A stretch of DNA of 64,000 nucleotides from an uncultured delta proteobacterium (lineage in GTDB: Bacteria; Myxococcota_A; UBA9160; UBA4427): the NCBI GenBank assembly GCA_963822965.1, contig CAWGJT010000001.1, positions 32,001 to 96,000 of the forward strand, given 5' to 3'. A program made the position numbers and the translations under genes. Below the pieces are notes generated by a model. That model searched no databases, was not told where the DNA came from, and worked only from the letters and a program-made list of their open reading frames with translations. Below are positions 1 to 10,138 of this stretch, piece after piece; position 1 is the stretch's first letter; each line of letters begins with the position of its first letter.

Positions 1-1116
1 AAGGGCGAGGAGAACGAGAACCGCGCGTTCGCCGTGGAGACCGACAAGCTCTTCAAGCGCGCCATGAAGGTGGTGAAGAACCGGGTGCTCTCGCGGAGCC
101 TGGTGGAGGTGCTGAACACGGCGGTCGGCGTCGGCGTCCTGCTGCTGGCGACGGTCCTGGTGCTGGAGGGACGCTGGGGGCTCACCACGGGCGACGTGGC
201 GGCGTTCACCACCGCCCTGGCCACCACCTACAAGCCGGTGAAGACGCTCTCGAAGGGGTGGGCGAAGCTGATGGACGCCCTGTCGTCGGCCGAGCGCTTC
301 TTCCACATCCTGGACATGCCCGTCGAGCTGCCGGACTCCACGGGTGCCGTCGAGCTCACCGGGGTGCACGACGAGATCCGCTTCGACCGCGTCTCGTACA
401 GCTACGGGCGCGAGGAGGTGCTGCGCGACGTCTCCCTCGCGGTGCGGGCCAACGAGGTGGTGGCGATCGTCGGACGCACGGGCTCGGGAAAGACCACCTT
501 GATGGACCTGATGCTTCGCTTCGACGATCCCGACGAGGGGTCGATCACGATCGACGGCGTCGACCTCCGCAACATCAAGCGCGACTCGTTCCTCGACCGG
601 GTCGCCGTGGTCACCCAGGAGCCCTTCCTCTTCGACACGACGATCCGGGAGAACATCCGATACGGGCGGCCGGACGCCAGCGAGGAGGAGATCCGCACCG
701 CGGCCCGGCACGCCCACGTCGAGGAGTTCGTCGACCAGCTGCCCGAAGGCTACGACACGCCCGTCGGCGAGTTCGGAACCCTGCTCTCGGGCGGGCAGCG
801 TCAGCGGATCACCATCGCCCGGGCGATCCTCAAGAATCCCTCGATCCTCGTCTTCGACGAGGCCACCAGCTCGCTGGACGCCAAGACCGAACGCACGGTG
901 CAGCAGGCCATCGACACCCTGCGCGGCAAGCGGACGGTGTTCGTGGTGGCCCACCGGCTCTCTACGATTCGCAACGCCGACCGCATCGTGGTGCTCGAGC
1001 AGGGGCGCGTCTCGCAGGAGGGCACCCACGACGAGCTGATCGCCCAGAGCGGCCTCTACCGCGAGTTCGTCGCGCTGCAGACCGAGCCGGGAGAGAGCCC
1101 CGCGCTGGCCGGCTGA
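1..1116 (+). CDS. msbA: ABC exporter, fused permease/ATPase (MsbA-like lipid A flippase), 5'-truncated by window edge
   Basis: C-terminal TM helices followed by Walker A GRTGSGKTT, Q-loop VVTQEP, signature LSGGQRQRI, Walker B ILVFDEATSSLD, H-loop VAHRLST; lies next to LPS genes. Frame is open from the window start. Confidence 0.7.
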   Translation, partial: KGEENENRAFAVETDKLFKRAMKVVKNRVLSRSLVEVLNTAVGVGVLLLATVLVLEGRWGLTTGDVAAFTTALATTYKPVKTLSKGWAKLMDALSSAERFFHILDMPVELPDSTGAVELTGVHDEIRFDRVSYSYGREEVLRDVSLAVRANEVVAIVGRTGSGKTTLMDLMLRFDDPDEGSITIDGVDLRNIKRDSFLDRVAVVTQEPFLFDTTIRENIRYGRPDASEEEIRTAARHAHVEEFVDQLPEGYDTPVGEFGTLLSGGQRQRITIARAILKNPSILVFDEATSSLDAKTERTVQQAIDTLRGKRTVFVVAHRLSTIRNADRIVVLEQGRVSQEGTHDELIAQSGLYREFVALQTEPGESPALAG

Positions 1117-1241
1117 CGAGCCCCGGGGCGGCGCCGCGGCGAATTCCCGGCTCACTCCGGCGGCGAAGCCCGGAGCGCGACCCGGGACGAAGTCTTCGGT
1201 CGCGGTGCCGGCGCATCAGGCAACCCCGACGGCTCCCTCGG

Positions 1242-1408
1242 CTAGGAGCCTGACCCAAGACTCCCGTGGAAAGCCCTGGCGTCGAGGCGCGCCACTGGCA
1301 AGGCGCGTGAGGAGGCCGTAGCGCGGGCTACGGCGACGCAGCGCAACGCAGCCAGCGGCGATGCATCGGCGTCAGGGCGGCGCGAGGTGTCTTGGGTCAG
1401 GCTCCTAG
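1242..1408. mobile_element. MITE-like non-autonomous element, copy 1 (167 bp, CTAG-bounded)
   Basis: Perfect inverted repeat ggctaggagcctgacccaagac (1240-1261) / gtcttgggtcaggctcctagcc (1389-1410), CTAG at both ends, no ORF, internal core homologous to 39421-39589. Confidence 0.75.
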
Positions 1409-1447
1409 CCAGCAGGCCGGCCCAGGATGGGTCGGCTTGCGCCGCAA

Positions 1448-1466
1448 ACGAATCCTGCGGATTCGT
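1448..1466. terminator. Short hairpin just 3' of the GT2 stop, possible terminator
   Basis: acgaatcc-tgc-ggattcgt, 8-bp stem, followed by only a short T run on the minus strand. Confidence 0.35.
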
Positions 1467-1469
1467 CAG

Positions 1470-2271
1470 CTAGGGAAGGTCTGTACGCGCCGCCTCGGGC
1501 CGGCGCGCACGCTCCCACAGCTTCGCGTACTTGAGGAACACCGCCCAGCCGATGGCGGCCGCCACCACGAAACCGACGACGCCGTCCCGGAAGCCCGCCT
1601 TGAGCACGTAGCAGCGCAGGAAGCGGGCGGGCGGGCGCAGCACCAGGTCGGAGATCCGCGTCCGGCGCCCCGCCCGGTACAGCGCCTCCGCGGCCTCCCG
1701 GGTGTGCGCCTGGATGCGATCGAGCTGATCCGCGAGGTCGCGATAGCTGTAGTGGAGGAGCTCGCCGTCGAGGCGCTCCACGCGACCGTCCACCTCGGCG
1801 CGCCCGTGCGGGTTGTGCCCGACCCAACGCATGTGCGAGCGACGGAAGAGCCGCAGCTTCCAGTCCGGATGCCAGTCGCCGTGCCGCACCCAGCGCCCCA
1901 GGTGCCAGGCGACCCGGTTCATCTCGTAGCCACGGGCCCGGGCGGCCTCCGCCCCGCCGGACAGCGCCCCCCGGATGGACGTCGGCGAGCTCCGGGCTCA
2001 CCACCTCGTCCGCGTCGACGCTGAGCACCCACTCGTGCCGGGCGAGCCCGGTGGTGAAGCGCTTCTGCTCGAGGTCGCCCGGGTAGGCGTGCACGACCAC
2101 GCGCGTCGCGAGCTCCTGCGCGATCTTCTCGCTGGCGTCGCGGCTCTTCGAGTCGACGACCACCACGATCTCGTCGGCAAACGCGACGGACGCGAGGCAG
2201 CGGCCGAGCGTCTCCTCGTCGTCACACGCCATCACGCAGGCGCTGACGGGGAGACCGCTGTGCGGGCTCAC
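1470..2271 (-). CDS. Glycosyltransferase family 2 (WaaE/KdtX-like LPS core glucosyltransferase), frameshift near 1960
   Basis: N-terminal VSACVMACDDEETLGRCLASV...VVDSKSRDAS, WVLSVDADE (DxD); second frame continues RHGDWHPDWKLRLFRR...LLHYSY...GFRDG...FLKYAKLWE, typical of this family. Confidence 0.85.
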
Positions 2272-2281
2272 GCGTGCGGGC

Positions 2282-4459
2282 TCATCCGCGCACCCGCTCC
2301 ACCGAGCGCACGCCCTTCACCCGCTGGATCTCCTTCATGACGGCGTTCAGGCTGTCGAGGTCGGTGACCCACAGCTCGAAGGTCTGCACCGCCTGTCCGC
2401 TCTCGTCCGGTCGTGATGGTGGCCGCGCCGATGTTGATGCCCGCCGCGGAGATCGACTTCGGTGACCTTGGCGAGCAGGCCCGGCTGGTCGACCGAGCGT
2501 GACGCGGATCTTGATCGGCCGCGCGGCGGCCGACTCGTCGTCCCACTGCACGTCGATCCGCCGGTCGGGATCGAACTCGAAGACCTGCGGGCAGTCGCGC
2601 ACGTGCACCGTGACGCCCCGGCCGCGGGTCACGAAGCCGATCACGTCGTCGCCGGGCAGTGGATCGCAGCAGCCCGCGAAGCGCACCAGCACGTCCGGCA
2701 GGCCGGACACCCGGATGCCCGTGTCGTCCTCGCTGCGCTTCTCCCGGCGGAAGAGGCTGCGCAGGCGCGCGGGCGTGGAGCGCGAGGGCTCGGGCGCGGG
2801 CACCGGCGCGCCGCCCGCGAGCTTGTCGAGCAGACTGGCGGCCGCGACCTTGCCGTAGCCCACCGCCGCAGAAGAGCTCTTCGAGCGGTGCCGCGCTGCC
2901 CCTGGTCGCGCGCCACGGGCTCGAGATCGCCGCTCTTCAAGAGCTGGGGGAACGAGAGCCGGCGCTTCCGGCACTCCCGCTCGAGGATCTCGCGTCCCAG
3001 CTGGATCGCCGCGCTCCTGCCCCTGCACCCGGATGGCGTGGCGGATGCGGGTGCGCGCCTTGCCGGAGACCACGAAGTCGAGCCAGTCCTTGCGCGGGAT
3101 CTGGCGCGAGCTCGTCTGGATCTCGACGGTATCGCCGTTGTGCGAGCACGTGGCGCAGCGGAACCATCTTGCCGTTCACCCGGGCGCCCGGCGCACTGGT
3201 CTCCCACCTCGCTGTGGATCGCGTAGGCGAAGTCGAGGGCGGTGGCGCGCTGCGGCAGGTTGATGACCTCGCCCCGCGGCGTGAACACGAAGACCTCGTC
3301 GGGGAAGAGGTCGACCTTCACCGTGTCGAGGAACTCGTGGGGGTCGGCGAGCTCACGCTGCCACTCCAGCAGCTGGCGCAGCCAGGCGAACTTCTCGGCG
3401 TCCTGTCCGTCGGTGTCGAAGCGCCCTTCCTTGTACTTCCAATGGGCCGCGATGCCGAGCTCGGCGTTCCGGTGCATCTCGGCGGTCCGGATCTGCACCT
3501 CCATGCGCTCGCCGTAGGGAGCCGATCACCGTGGTGTGGAGCGACTGGTAGCCGTTGGGCTTGGGCAGGGCCACGTAGTCCTTGAAGCGCGCCGGCACGG
3601 GCCGCCAGGTGCTGTGCACGATCCCCAGCGCCGCGTAGCAATCCGACGGTGAGCCGTTGATCACGATGCGGAAGGCGATCATGTCGTAGATCTCGTCGAG
3701 CCCCACGCCCTGGTTCTGCATCTTCGCGTGGATCGAGGAGAAGTCCTTCAGCCGGCCGGTCACCTCCACGTTCATGCCCGCCTGCACGAGCTTCGCGGAG
3801 ATCTCGCCGATGACCTCCTCGATGTACTTCTCGCGCTCGGCGCGGTTGCCCGCGATCTGCTTTTCGAGCTCTTCCACCACCGCGGGGTGCAGGGTGCGGA
3901 AGGCCAGGTCCTCGAGCTCCTGCTTCATCCAGTGGATGCCGAGGCGGTGCGCCAGGGGCGCGTAGATCTCGAGGGTCTCCTGGGCGATGCGCCGCGCGGA
4001 GTCCTCCTTCATGAAGCCCAGGGTGCGCATGTTGTGCAGGCGGTCGGCGAGCTTGATGAGCAGGATGCGGATGTCCTCGGACATGGCCAGCAGCATCTTG
4101 CGGAAGTTCTCGGCCTGGCGGGCTCGCGGCGAGGTGAACTCGATGCGGGCGATCTTCGTGAGCCCCTCGACCAGGAAGGCCACCTGATCGCCGAAGAGGC
4201 GTACCAGCTCCTCCCGGGTGGTGAGGGTGTCCTCCAGGGTGTCGTGCAGCAGGCCGGCCGCGACGGTCACGTCGTCGACGCGCATCTGCACCAGGATGCC
4301 GGCGACCTCGAGGGGATGGATCAGGTAGGGCTCGCCCGAGAGCCGCTCCTGGCCGTCGTGCACCTTGGCGGAGAACACGTAGGCGCGCTGGAGCAGCCCG
4401 AGATCGACGCCGGGGTTGTACTCCAGCATCTGGTCGGCGATGTCGTTGAAGCGCAGCAT
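2282..4459 (-). CDS. spoT: Long RSH (p)ppGpp synthetase/hydrolase RelA/SpoT, several frameshifts between ~2430 and ~3520
   Basis: HD hydrolase HDGQER-SGEPYLIHP, LLHDTLEDT, IKLADRLHNMRTL; synthetase DMIAFRI, RFKDYVALPKPNGYQSLHTTV, EVQIRT..MHRNAELGIAAHWKYK; TGS VFVFTPRG..ALDFAYAIHSEVG; CCDPLPGDD..GRGVTVH; ACT domain at the C-terminus. Confidence 0.93.
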
Positions 4460-4556
4460 CGCGCTCCGGACCCCCTGACCCTTCGGGTCTTTCTCTACCG
4501 CTTTTCCCGCTTTTCCCTTCTAGATCGGCGAGTTCCGCCGCACGGGGACGATGGCG

Positions 4557-4585
4557 AGAGTACCCGGGCGTCCGCGCCCGGGCAA
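4557..4585 (-). promoter_or_regulatory. Putative sigma70 promoter of relA/spoT with palindromic spacer
   Basis: Minus strand TTGCCC-N17-TACTCT about 100 nt upstream of the ATG; spacer overlaps inverted repeat cccgggcg-tccg-cgcccggg (4563-4582). Confidence 0.45.
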
Positions 4586-4655
4586 ACCGGCCCCCGGCCC
4601 GAGCGCCCCCGAGCCCTCCGAAGAGGACAACGCTCAGGTTGCCCTCCGGTTGCCA

Positions 4656-4680
4656 GTCAGCGCCCCAGCGGGGCGCTGAC
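4656..4680 (-). terminator. Stable hairpin directly after the gmk stop
   Basis: gtcagcgcccc-agc-ggggcgctgac, 11-bp perfect stem 3 nt past the stop; no U-tract. Confidence 0.45.
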
Positions 4681-4683
4681 CGC

Positions 4684-5382
4684 TCAGGACGCAGCGCCTC
4701 CGTCCCCGACATCGACGGCCCCGCGCCAGCGCTTGAACACCCGCGCCTGCCCGAGGCGCGCATGCACCGCCGCGGTGTGACCGCTGCGCTCGGCGGCGAC
4801 GATCTCGAGCAGGTCGTCGACGGCCTGCTCGACGCGCTCGTTCACCACCGCGTAGTCGAAGAACTCGATGGCTTCGAGCTCCTGCAGGGCGATGGCCAGC
4901 CGCTTGGCGATGGTGCCCTCGCTGTCGGTGCCCCGGCCGCGCAGGCGCTCCCGCAAGGTGGCCATGTCCGGCGGCAGCAGGAAGACGAAGCAGGCGTCCC
5001 GCCGCCGCTCGCGGAACTGCCGGGCCCCTTTGACCTCGATCTCGACGATCAGGTCCCAGCCCTGGGAGAGCGGCTCTTCCAGGGCGTCCCAGCTGGTGCC
5101 GTAGAGGTTGTCCCCGTACTCCGCGTACTCCACGAAGGCGCCGCTCTTCACCAGCTCGTGGAAGCGCTCGTTGCTCACGAAGTGGTAGTCGACGCCGTCG
5201 CGCTCGCCCGCGCGCGGGGATCGCGTCGTGTGGGAGACCGAGAAGCGCAGGTTCGGATCGCGGGCGAGAGCCGCGCGGCACACGGTCGTCTTGCCCGTGC
5301 CCGAGGGCGCGGCGACGACGAACGGGCGTCCCCGCCGGTCCGCCGGACCGGACGCCGGAGCGCGCTCGGAGGCATCGCTCAC
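4684..5382 (-). CDS. gmk: Guanylate kinase
   Basis: [13 protein letters not shown]-loop, [45 protein letters not shown]. Confidence 0.97.
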   Translation of the reverse strand: MSDASERAPASGPADRRGRPFVVAAPSGTGKTTVCRAALARDPNLRFSVSHTTRSPRAGERDGVDYHFVSNERFHELVKSGAFVEYAEYGDNLYGTSWDALEEPLSQGWDLIVEIEVKGARQFRERRRDACFVFLLPPDMATLRERLRGRGTDSEGTIAKRLAIALQELEAIEFFDYAVVNERVEQAVDDLLEIVAAERSGHTAAVHARLGQARVFKRWRGAVDVGDGGAAS

Positions 5383-5753
5383 GAATCGGCGGCCGGCTCT
5401 TTCCGGTCGAGACGCGCGGCGATCGTCTCCGGGTTGACCGCGGAGAGGATCACGTGGTCGCTGTCCGTCACCAGGATCGAGCGGGTGCGGCGGCCCTGGG
5501 TGGCGTCGACGAGCTTGCCGCGCTCGCCGGCCTCCTCGCGCAGCCGGCGCATGGGCGACGACTGGGGCGACACGATCGCCACCACCCGGGACGCCATCAA
5601 GAGGTTGCCGTAGCCGATGTTGAGGAACAGCGGCAGCGAGGCTTCGTCGCCGCCCGCGCGCTCGGGTCGACGCCCGTTCGCTCGCGGCTCGGCCCGTCGG
5701 GGCTCCACCTTGCGGACCGTGCGGTGGGGGGTCTTGCGCGCCGGGCTACTCAA
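5379..5753 (-). CDS. remA: DUF370/RemA-family regulator (start uncertain, TTG overlapping the yicC end assumed)
   Basis: [32 protein letters not shown]...[31 protein letters not shown]; conserved yicC-remA-gmk order. Confidence 0.9.
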   Translation of the reverse strand: MSSPARKTPHRTVRKVEPRRAEPRANGRRPERAGGDEASLPLFLNIGYGNLLMASRVVAIVSPQSSPMRRLREEAGERGKLVDATQGRRTRSILVTDSDHVILSAVNPETIAARLDRKEPAADS

Positions 5754-6636
5754 CGTTCTGCACCTGTTCGCGCACCCGCTCGAGCTCGGTCTTGAGATCG
5801 ACGACGAGGTGCGCGATGTCGGCGTCGTTGCCCTTGGATCCGATCGTGTTCGTCTCCCGCCCCATCTCCTGGAGCAGGAAGTCGAGCTGGCGGCCGATCG
5901 CGATCCCGGCCCCCGAGCCGTCGAGCACGCCGTGGAACTGGTCGATGTGGCTCCGCAGACGAACGACCTCCTCGGTGATGTCCAGGCGATCCGCGGCGAT
6001 GACGATCTCCTGGTGGAGCCGGGCTTCGTCGAGCAGGCCCGTCTCGACCTCCAGCTTCTCCATGCGGCGGCGCAGCTTCTCGCGCACCGCCTCGACGACC
6101 CCGCCGGCGCGCACCTCCACCGCGTCCACGAGCTGGGCGATCGAGTCCAGGCGCTCGCGGACCTCGCGCTCGAGGCTCTCCCCTTCGCGGGCGCGCATGA
6201 CGTCGACGGCCGCGAGGGTCGCATCGAGGGCGGCCTCGACGGCGCTCTGCAGGTGCCCGGGATCGATCTCGCGCTCGACGAAGCGCGTCACCCCGGGCAG
6301 GGCGAGGAGCTCCGCCGGCCGCAGGTCCCCCTCGAGGCCGTGGGCCTCGGCCAGCTGCCGGGCGGCCGCCACGATCTGGCCGGCGAGAAGGTGGTCGACC
6401 TCGAGGGCGGGCGGTGCGGCGGCGCCGGTCGCGGTGGCGATGCCGACGTCGACCTTCCCGCGCTTCAGGTGGTCCTGCACCCGCGTCTTCAGGGCGGACT
6501 CGTGCTCCGCGAGGGAGCGTGGCAGCCGGATGCGGACGTCGAGGTGGCGGTGGTTGACGGTGCGGATCTCGATCTCGAAGGGAACGCCGTCCACGTCGAA
6601 GGTCTCGCGACCGAAGCCGGTCATGCTGCGGATCAC
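5746..6636 (-). CDS. yicC: YicC/YloC family endoribonuclease
   Basis: [74 protein letters not shown]. Confidence 0.96.
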   Translation of the reverse strand: MIRSMTGFGRETFDVDGVPFEIEIRTVNHRHLDVRIRLPRSLAEHESALKTRVQDHLKRGKVDVGIATATGAAAPPALEVDHLLAGQIVAAARQLAEAHGLEGDLRPAELLALPGVTRFVEREIDPGHLQSAVEAALDATLAAVDVMRAREGESLEREVRERLDSIAQLVDAVEVRAGGVVEAVREKLRRRMEKLEVETGLLDEARLHQEIVIAADRLDITEEVVRLRSHIDQFHGVLDGSGAGIAIGRQLDFLLQEMGRETNTIGSKGNDADIAHLVVDLKTELERVREQVQNVE

Positions 6637-7697
6637 CGGCCTGCCTCCCGGGACGCCGAGCCCCCCCCGCCCACGGGCGCCGCGGCCCGCGCCGCGGCCC
6701 GCACGGCGGGCAGGGCGGCGCGCAGCTCGTCGCGATCGGCGGTGGCCGTGCCCGCCTTGCGCACCACCACCGCGGCGGCAGCGTGCGCGAGCACCGTCGC
6801 CTCCGCGAGGCTGGCTCCCGCCTGCCGGGCGAGGCTCAAGGTGGCGATGATCGTGTCGCCCGCTCCCTGCACGTCGAACACCTCCTGCCGGACCGTCGGC
6901 ACGTAGAGGCCCGGACGGCTCCCCTCGAAGATGGCGATTCCCGACTCGCCCTGCGTGATGGCCACGTCGGCCCCGCCGGCGAGCTTCTGGATGCGTCTGC
7001 CCACCGCTTCGAGGCCTCCCGGGTCCCGTGCCCGCAGGCCGCTGATGGCTTCGGCCTCGCGCAGGTTCGGCTTCACCAGAGCGGCTCCCGGAAACGGCGC
7101 GAGATCGTACTTCGGATCCAGGCTCACCGGGAGCGACGCGGCCGCCGCCATGCGCATGATCGCCCGGCCGACCTCCAGGGAGAAGAGCCCCTTGGCGTAG
7201 TCCTCGAGGACGACGGCATCCACCCCCGGCAGGGCGCTCTCGACGGACGCCAGCAGGCGGGAGGCGGCGTCGGACGGCAGCGGCTCGTCGCTCTCGCGAT
7301 CCACGCGCACCACCTGCTGTCGCCGGGCGACCACGCGTGTCTTGCGGGTGGTCGGTCGTCCGGCGAGGCGCAGGCTGCCGGACGGATCGACGCCCAGGTC
7401 CTGGAGCAACGCCACCATCCGGTCGCCGGCGGCGTCGTCCCCGACGACGCAGCAGAACGCGCAGCGACCGCCGAGGGCGACGACGTTGCGGACGACGTTG
7501 CCCGCGCCGCCGAGCACCGTCGACTCGCCCGAGACGTGGACCACGGGGACGGGCGCCTCGGGGCTCACCCGGGACGCGTCGCCGTAGAGATACTCGTCGA
7601 GGAAGGCGTCGCCGACGACGAGCAGGCGTGCCTTGCCGAAGGCATCGAGCAGCTGCTCGACCCGATCGTCCCCCAGGCTGTCCGCCCCGCCCTGCAT
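6633..7697 (-). CDS. rfaE1: D-glycero-beta-D-manno-heptose-7-phosphate kinase (HldE domain I only, PfkB family)
   Basis: LLVVGDAFLDEYLYG..RVSPEAPVPVV, LGGAGNV, RPTTRKTRV, DYAKG, VKPNLREA, VFDVQGAGDT; ATG at 7697 with GGAGGAG upstream. Confidence 0.93.
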   Translation of the reverse strand: MQGGADSLGDDRVEQLLDAFGKARLLVVGDAFLDEYLYGDASRVSPEAPVPVVHVSGESTVLGGAGNVVRNVVALGGRCAFCCVVGDDAAGDRMVALLQDLGVDPSGSLRLAGRPTTRKTRVVARRQQVVRVDRESDEPLPSDAASRLLASVESALPGVDAVVLEDYAKGLFSLEVGRAIMRMAAAASLPVSLDPKYDLAPFPGAALVKPNLREAEAISGLRARDPGGLEAVGRRIQKLAGGADVAITQGESGIAIFEGSRPGLYVPTVRQEVFDVQGAGDTIIATLSLARQAGASLAEATVLAHAAAAVVVRKAGTATADRDELRAALPAVRAAARAAAPVGGGGSASREAGR

Positions 7698-7750
7698 CGT
7701 CGAAACGCTCCTCCCACCCGCGGCGCCCGCCCCCCGGCGCACGCCGGCCC

Positions 7751-8839
7751 TCAGCTTCCCGCGTTCTCGACGCCGCGTCGACCTCCGTCGGCCGGCGGCG
7801 CGGCAGGCGCCTCCAGCCAACGCTCGACGCCCGCGATCACGCGGTCCGGCGTGAGCCGGGTCATGCAGCGGTGGTCGATCGGACAGACCCTCTCGTAGCA
7901 CGGCCGGCAGGCGACGTCGGTCTCCACCACGTGCACCTTCTCGAGATTGCAGTCGGTCTTCTCCAGGCTGGTGGGTCCCAGCAGCATTACGCAGGGAACC
8001 CCCAGCGCCACGGCCACGTGACGGGCCCCGGCGTCGTTGCACACGAGCACCCGGCAGCGGCGGATCACCGCCTTGAGGGCGCCCGGATCGAGCACGCCGG
8101 CCAGCCGGACCGCCGGCCGCTCCATGGCGCCGGCCACCCGGGTGACGAGATCCTCCTCCCCCGGCGCTCCCAGGATCGCCACGGGCAGCCCTCGACGCGC
8201 GGCGTCGTCCCCGACCCGGGCGAAGGACGCCGCCGGCCACAGCTTCGAGCTGCCGTAGGACGCACCCGGTGCCAGCGCGACGAACCCCGTCCCGCCGGCC
8301 GCTCCCGCCGCGGACAGGGCGGCGTCGGCACGCGCCTCGTCGGCCGCCGTCGTGAAGAGCTCCAGCTGGGTGCCCCGGCTCGCCGCGCCCGCCCGCTCCG
8401 TGAGGGCCAGCGCCCAGCGCTCGCGGGCCATCCAGCGGCGACGGCCGGCGGGGTGCGCGTCCCGCACGGAATCGTGCAGCAGCAGCCCCCGGCCGGCGCG
8501 GGCATGCCCGACGATCCGCCGCACGCCGGCGGCGCGCATGAGCAGCACCGACGACCAGGAATCCGGAATGCAGATCCCCAGGTCGAAGCCGCCGCACGCC
8601 CGCAGGGCGCGTCCCTCCGCGAGCATCGCCCGGGCACCCGCGTGGTACGAGCGCACCGGAGCCAGCGCGTCGAACCAGGGCGCTCCGGAGAGAGCCGGCA
8701 GCAGGGACTCGCGCGCGTGCAGGGTGATGTGCGCCGAGGGAAAGCCGCAGCGCAGGGCGCGGAAGGCGGGCGTGCACATCACGAGATCGCCGAGCCAGTT
8801 GGGCCCGCGCACCAGGATCGCCCGGGGTGCCGGGGTCAC
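7751..8839 (-). CDS. waaF: Lipopolysaccharide heptosyltransferase II (GT9)
   Basis: ILVRGPNWLGDLVMCTPAF, LAPGASYGSSKLWP, VCNDAGARHVAVA, CRPCYERVCPIDHRCM; GTG overlaps the upstream stop. Confidence 0.9.
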   Translation of the reverse strand: MTPAPRAILVRGPNWLGDLVMCTPAFRALRCGFPSAHITLHARESLLPALSGAPWFDALAPVRSYHAGARAMLAEGRALRACGGFDLGICIPDSWSSVLLMRAAGVRRIVGHARAGRGLLLHDSVRDAHPAGRRRWMARERWALALTERAGAASRGTQLELFTTAADEARADAALSAAGAAGGTGFVALAPGASYGSSKLWPAASFARVGDDAARRGLPVAILGAPGEEDLVTRVAGAMERPAVRLAGVLDPGALKAVIRRCRVLVCNDAGARHVAVALGVPCVMLLGPTSLEKTDCNLEKVHVVETDVACRPCYERVCPIDHRCMTRLTPDRVIAGVERWLEAPAAPPADGGRRGVENAGS

Positions 8840-9990
8840 GCCGAAGCGATCTCCGGCTGAGCGTCCGCGAGCATCTCCCGGGCGGCCGCCAGGACGGCCG
8901 CGGGCGGCAGCACGTTCATGCAGGTTGCCGCCGCACAGCCCCGCCGGCACGGACTGCAACCCACGGGCACCCGCACCTGGCGCGCGGGCGTCCCCGGCCA
9001 GGGCCGGTTCTCGACCGGATCCGTGGGCCCGAGCACCTGGACCACCGGCGTCCCCACCAGCGACGCCAGGTGCAGGGGCCCGGAGTCGCTTCCCAGGAAG
9101 ATGCGGCAGGCGGCGAAGAGGGCGGCCAGGTCGGCGGGGGTCGGCGTGGCCGGCGCGAGCACCGCCGCCGGGCCGCCGACCGCCGCGCTCGCGTCGACGA
9201 CCGCCCGGGCGAGCTCGCGCTCGCGATCGCCGCCCGCCGAGACGACGCACGCGAGCCCCTGCTCGCGCAGCCCGCGGGCGACGGCCGCCCAGTGCTGCAC
9301 CGGATAGCGCTTGTAGGGCGTCCGCTCGCTGCTCCCGGGATGGATGACGGCCACGCCGCCGCCCGGCCCGCTGCGGGTGGCCTCGGCCAGGCGCTCCCGC
9401 ATGCGGGCGGCCCGGATCGGATCGACGAGCCAGCCCGCCCCCCGGCCCGCGCTCGCGCACGGGGCGGTCGGCAGACCGGCGCCCAGGAAGTCGATCAGCG
9501 CGGCATTGCGAACGAATCGGGAGACGCGGTCCGGCGACACCCGAACGCGACGGTTCGCGAACGCCGAGGAGAACTCTCGCGCGAAGGGCCGGGCGTAGCC
9601 GACCCGCAGCGGCGCACCCGACGCGCGCGCGAGCAGCCCGGTCTTCAGGATGCCGTGGAAGTCGAGCACGAGATCGAAACGCCGGCGCCGGAGCGCCACC
9701 ACGAATCGAGCGACGTCGCGGGCCAGCGCGAGCACCCGGCGCTGGCGCCAGTGGTCTTCGAGCGTTTCCCGGGGAAACACGATCCGCTCGTCCAGGCCGG
9801 CGAGGCCGTGCAGCACGCCCTCGGATCTCGGCTCCACGAGCCAGGCCACGTGCGCGGCGGGATAGCGGTCGCGAAGCGCGGCGAACGCGGGCAACGTTCG
9901 CACCACGTCGCCCATGGCGCCCAGGCGGACGACGAGGATGCGATCGGCCGCGGGCGGCTGGGAGAGCGGGTTCTGACAGGCAGCCTGCAC
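8836..9990 (-). CDS. GT9 family heptosyltransferase (WaaC/WaaQ-like)
   Basis: RILVVRLGAMGDVVRTLPA, FDLVLDFHGILKT, IHPGSS...KRYP, GSDSGPLHLAS, GPTDP, CSPCRRGC; GTG start with GGAGAG upstream. Confidence 0.88.
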   Translation of the reverse strand: MQAACQNPLSQPPAADRILVVRLGAMGDVVRTLPAFAALRDRYPAAHVAWLVEPRSEGVLHGLAGLDERIVFPRETLEDHWRQRRVLALARDVARFVVALRRRRFDLVLDFHGILKTGLLARASGAPLRVGYARPFAREFSSAFANRRVRVSPDRVSRFVRNAALIDFLGAGLPTAPCASAGRGAGWLVDPIRAARMRERLAEATRSGPGGGVAVIHPGSSERTPYKRYPVQHWAAVARGLREQGLACVVSAGGDRERELARAVVDASAAVGGPAAVLAPATPTPADLAALFAACRIFLGSDSGPLHLASLVGTPVVQVLGPTDPVENRPWPGTPARQVRVPVGCSPCRRGCAAATCMNVLPPAAVLAAAREMLADAQPEIASA

Positions 9991-10138
9991 CGTGCTCTCC
10001 CGGACCCCCGCCTGGACCGCGGCTCCCGCCCGGTCCGGACGTCGCCGCCGGGCTTCGGCCGCCGAGCACCGGTCGTGCGGAGACAGCCGTTTCAGCCCGC
10101 CTCGCCGGCGCCCAGGGGGACGGATACGATACCGCGGC

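Noticed and set aside
4640..4655. Sigma54 promoter upstream of relA/spoT (CTGGCAACCGGAGGGC on the minus strand)
   Set aside because: GG-N10-GC spacing fits but the -12 lacks TTGC; a better sigma70 match lies downstream.
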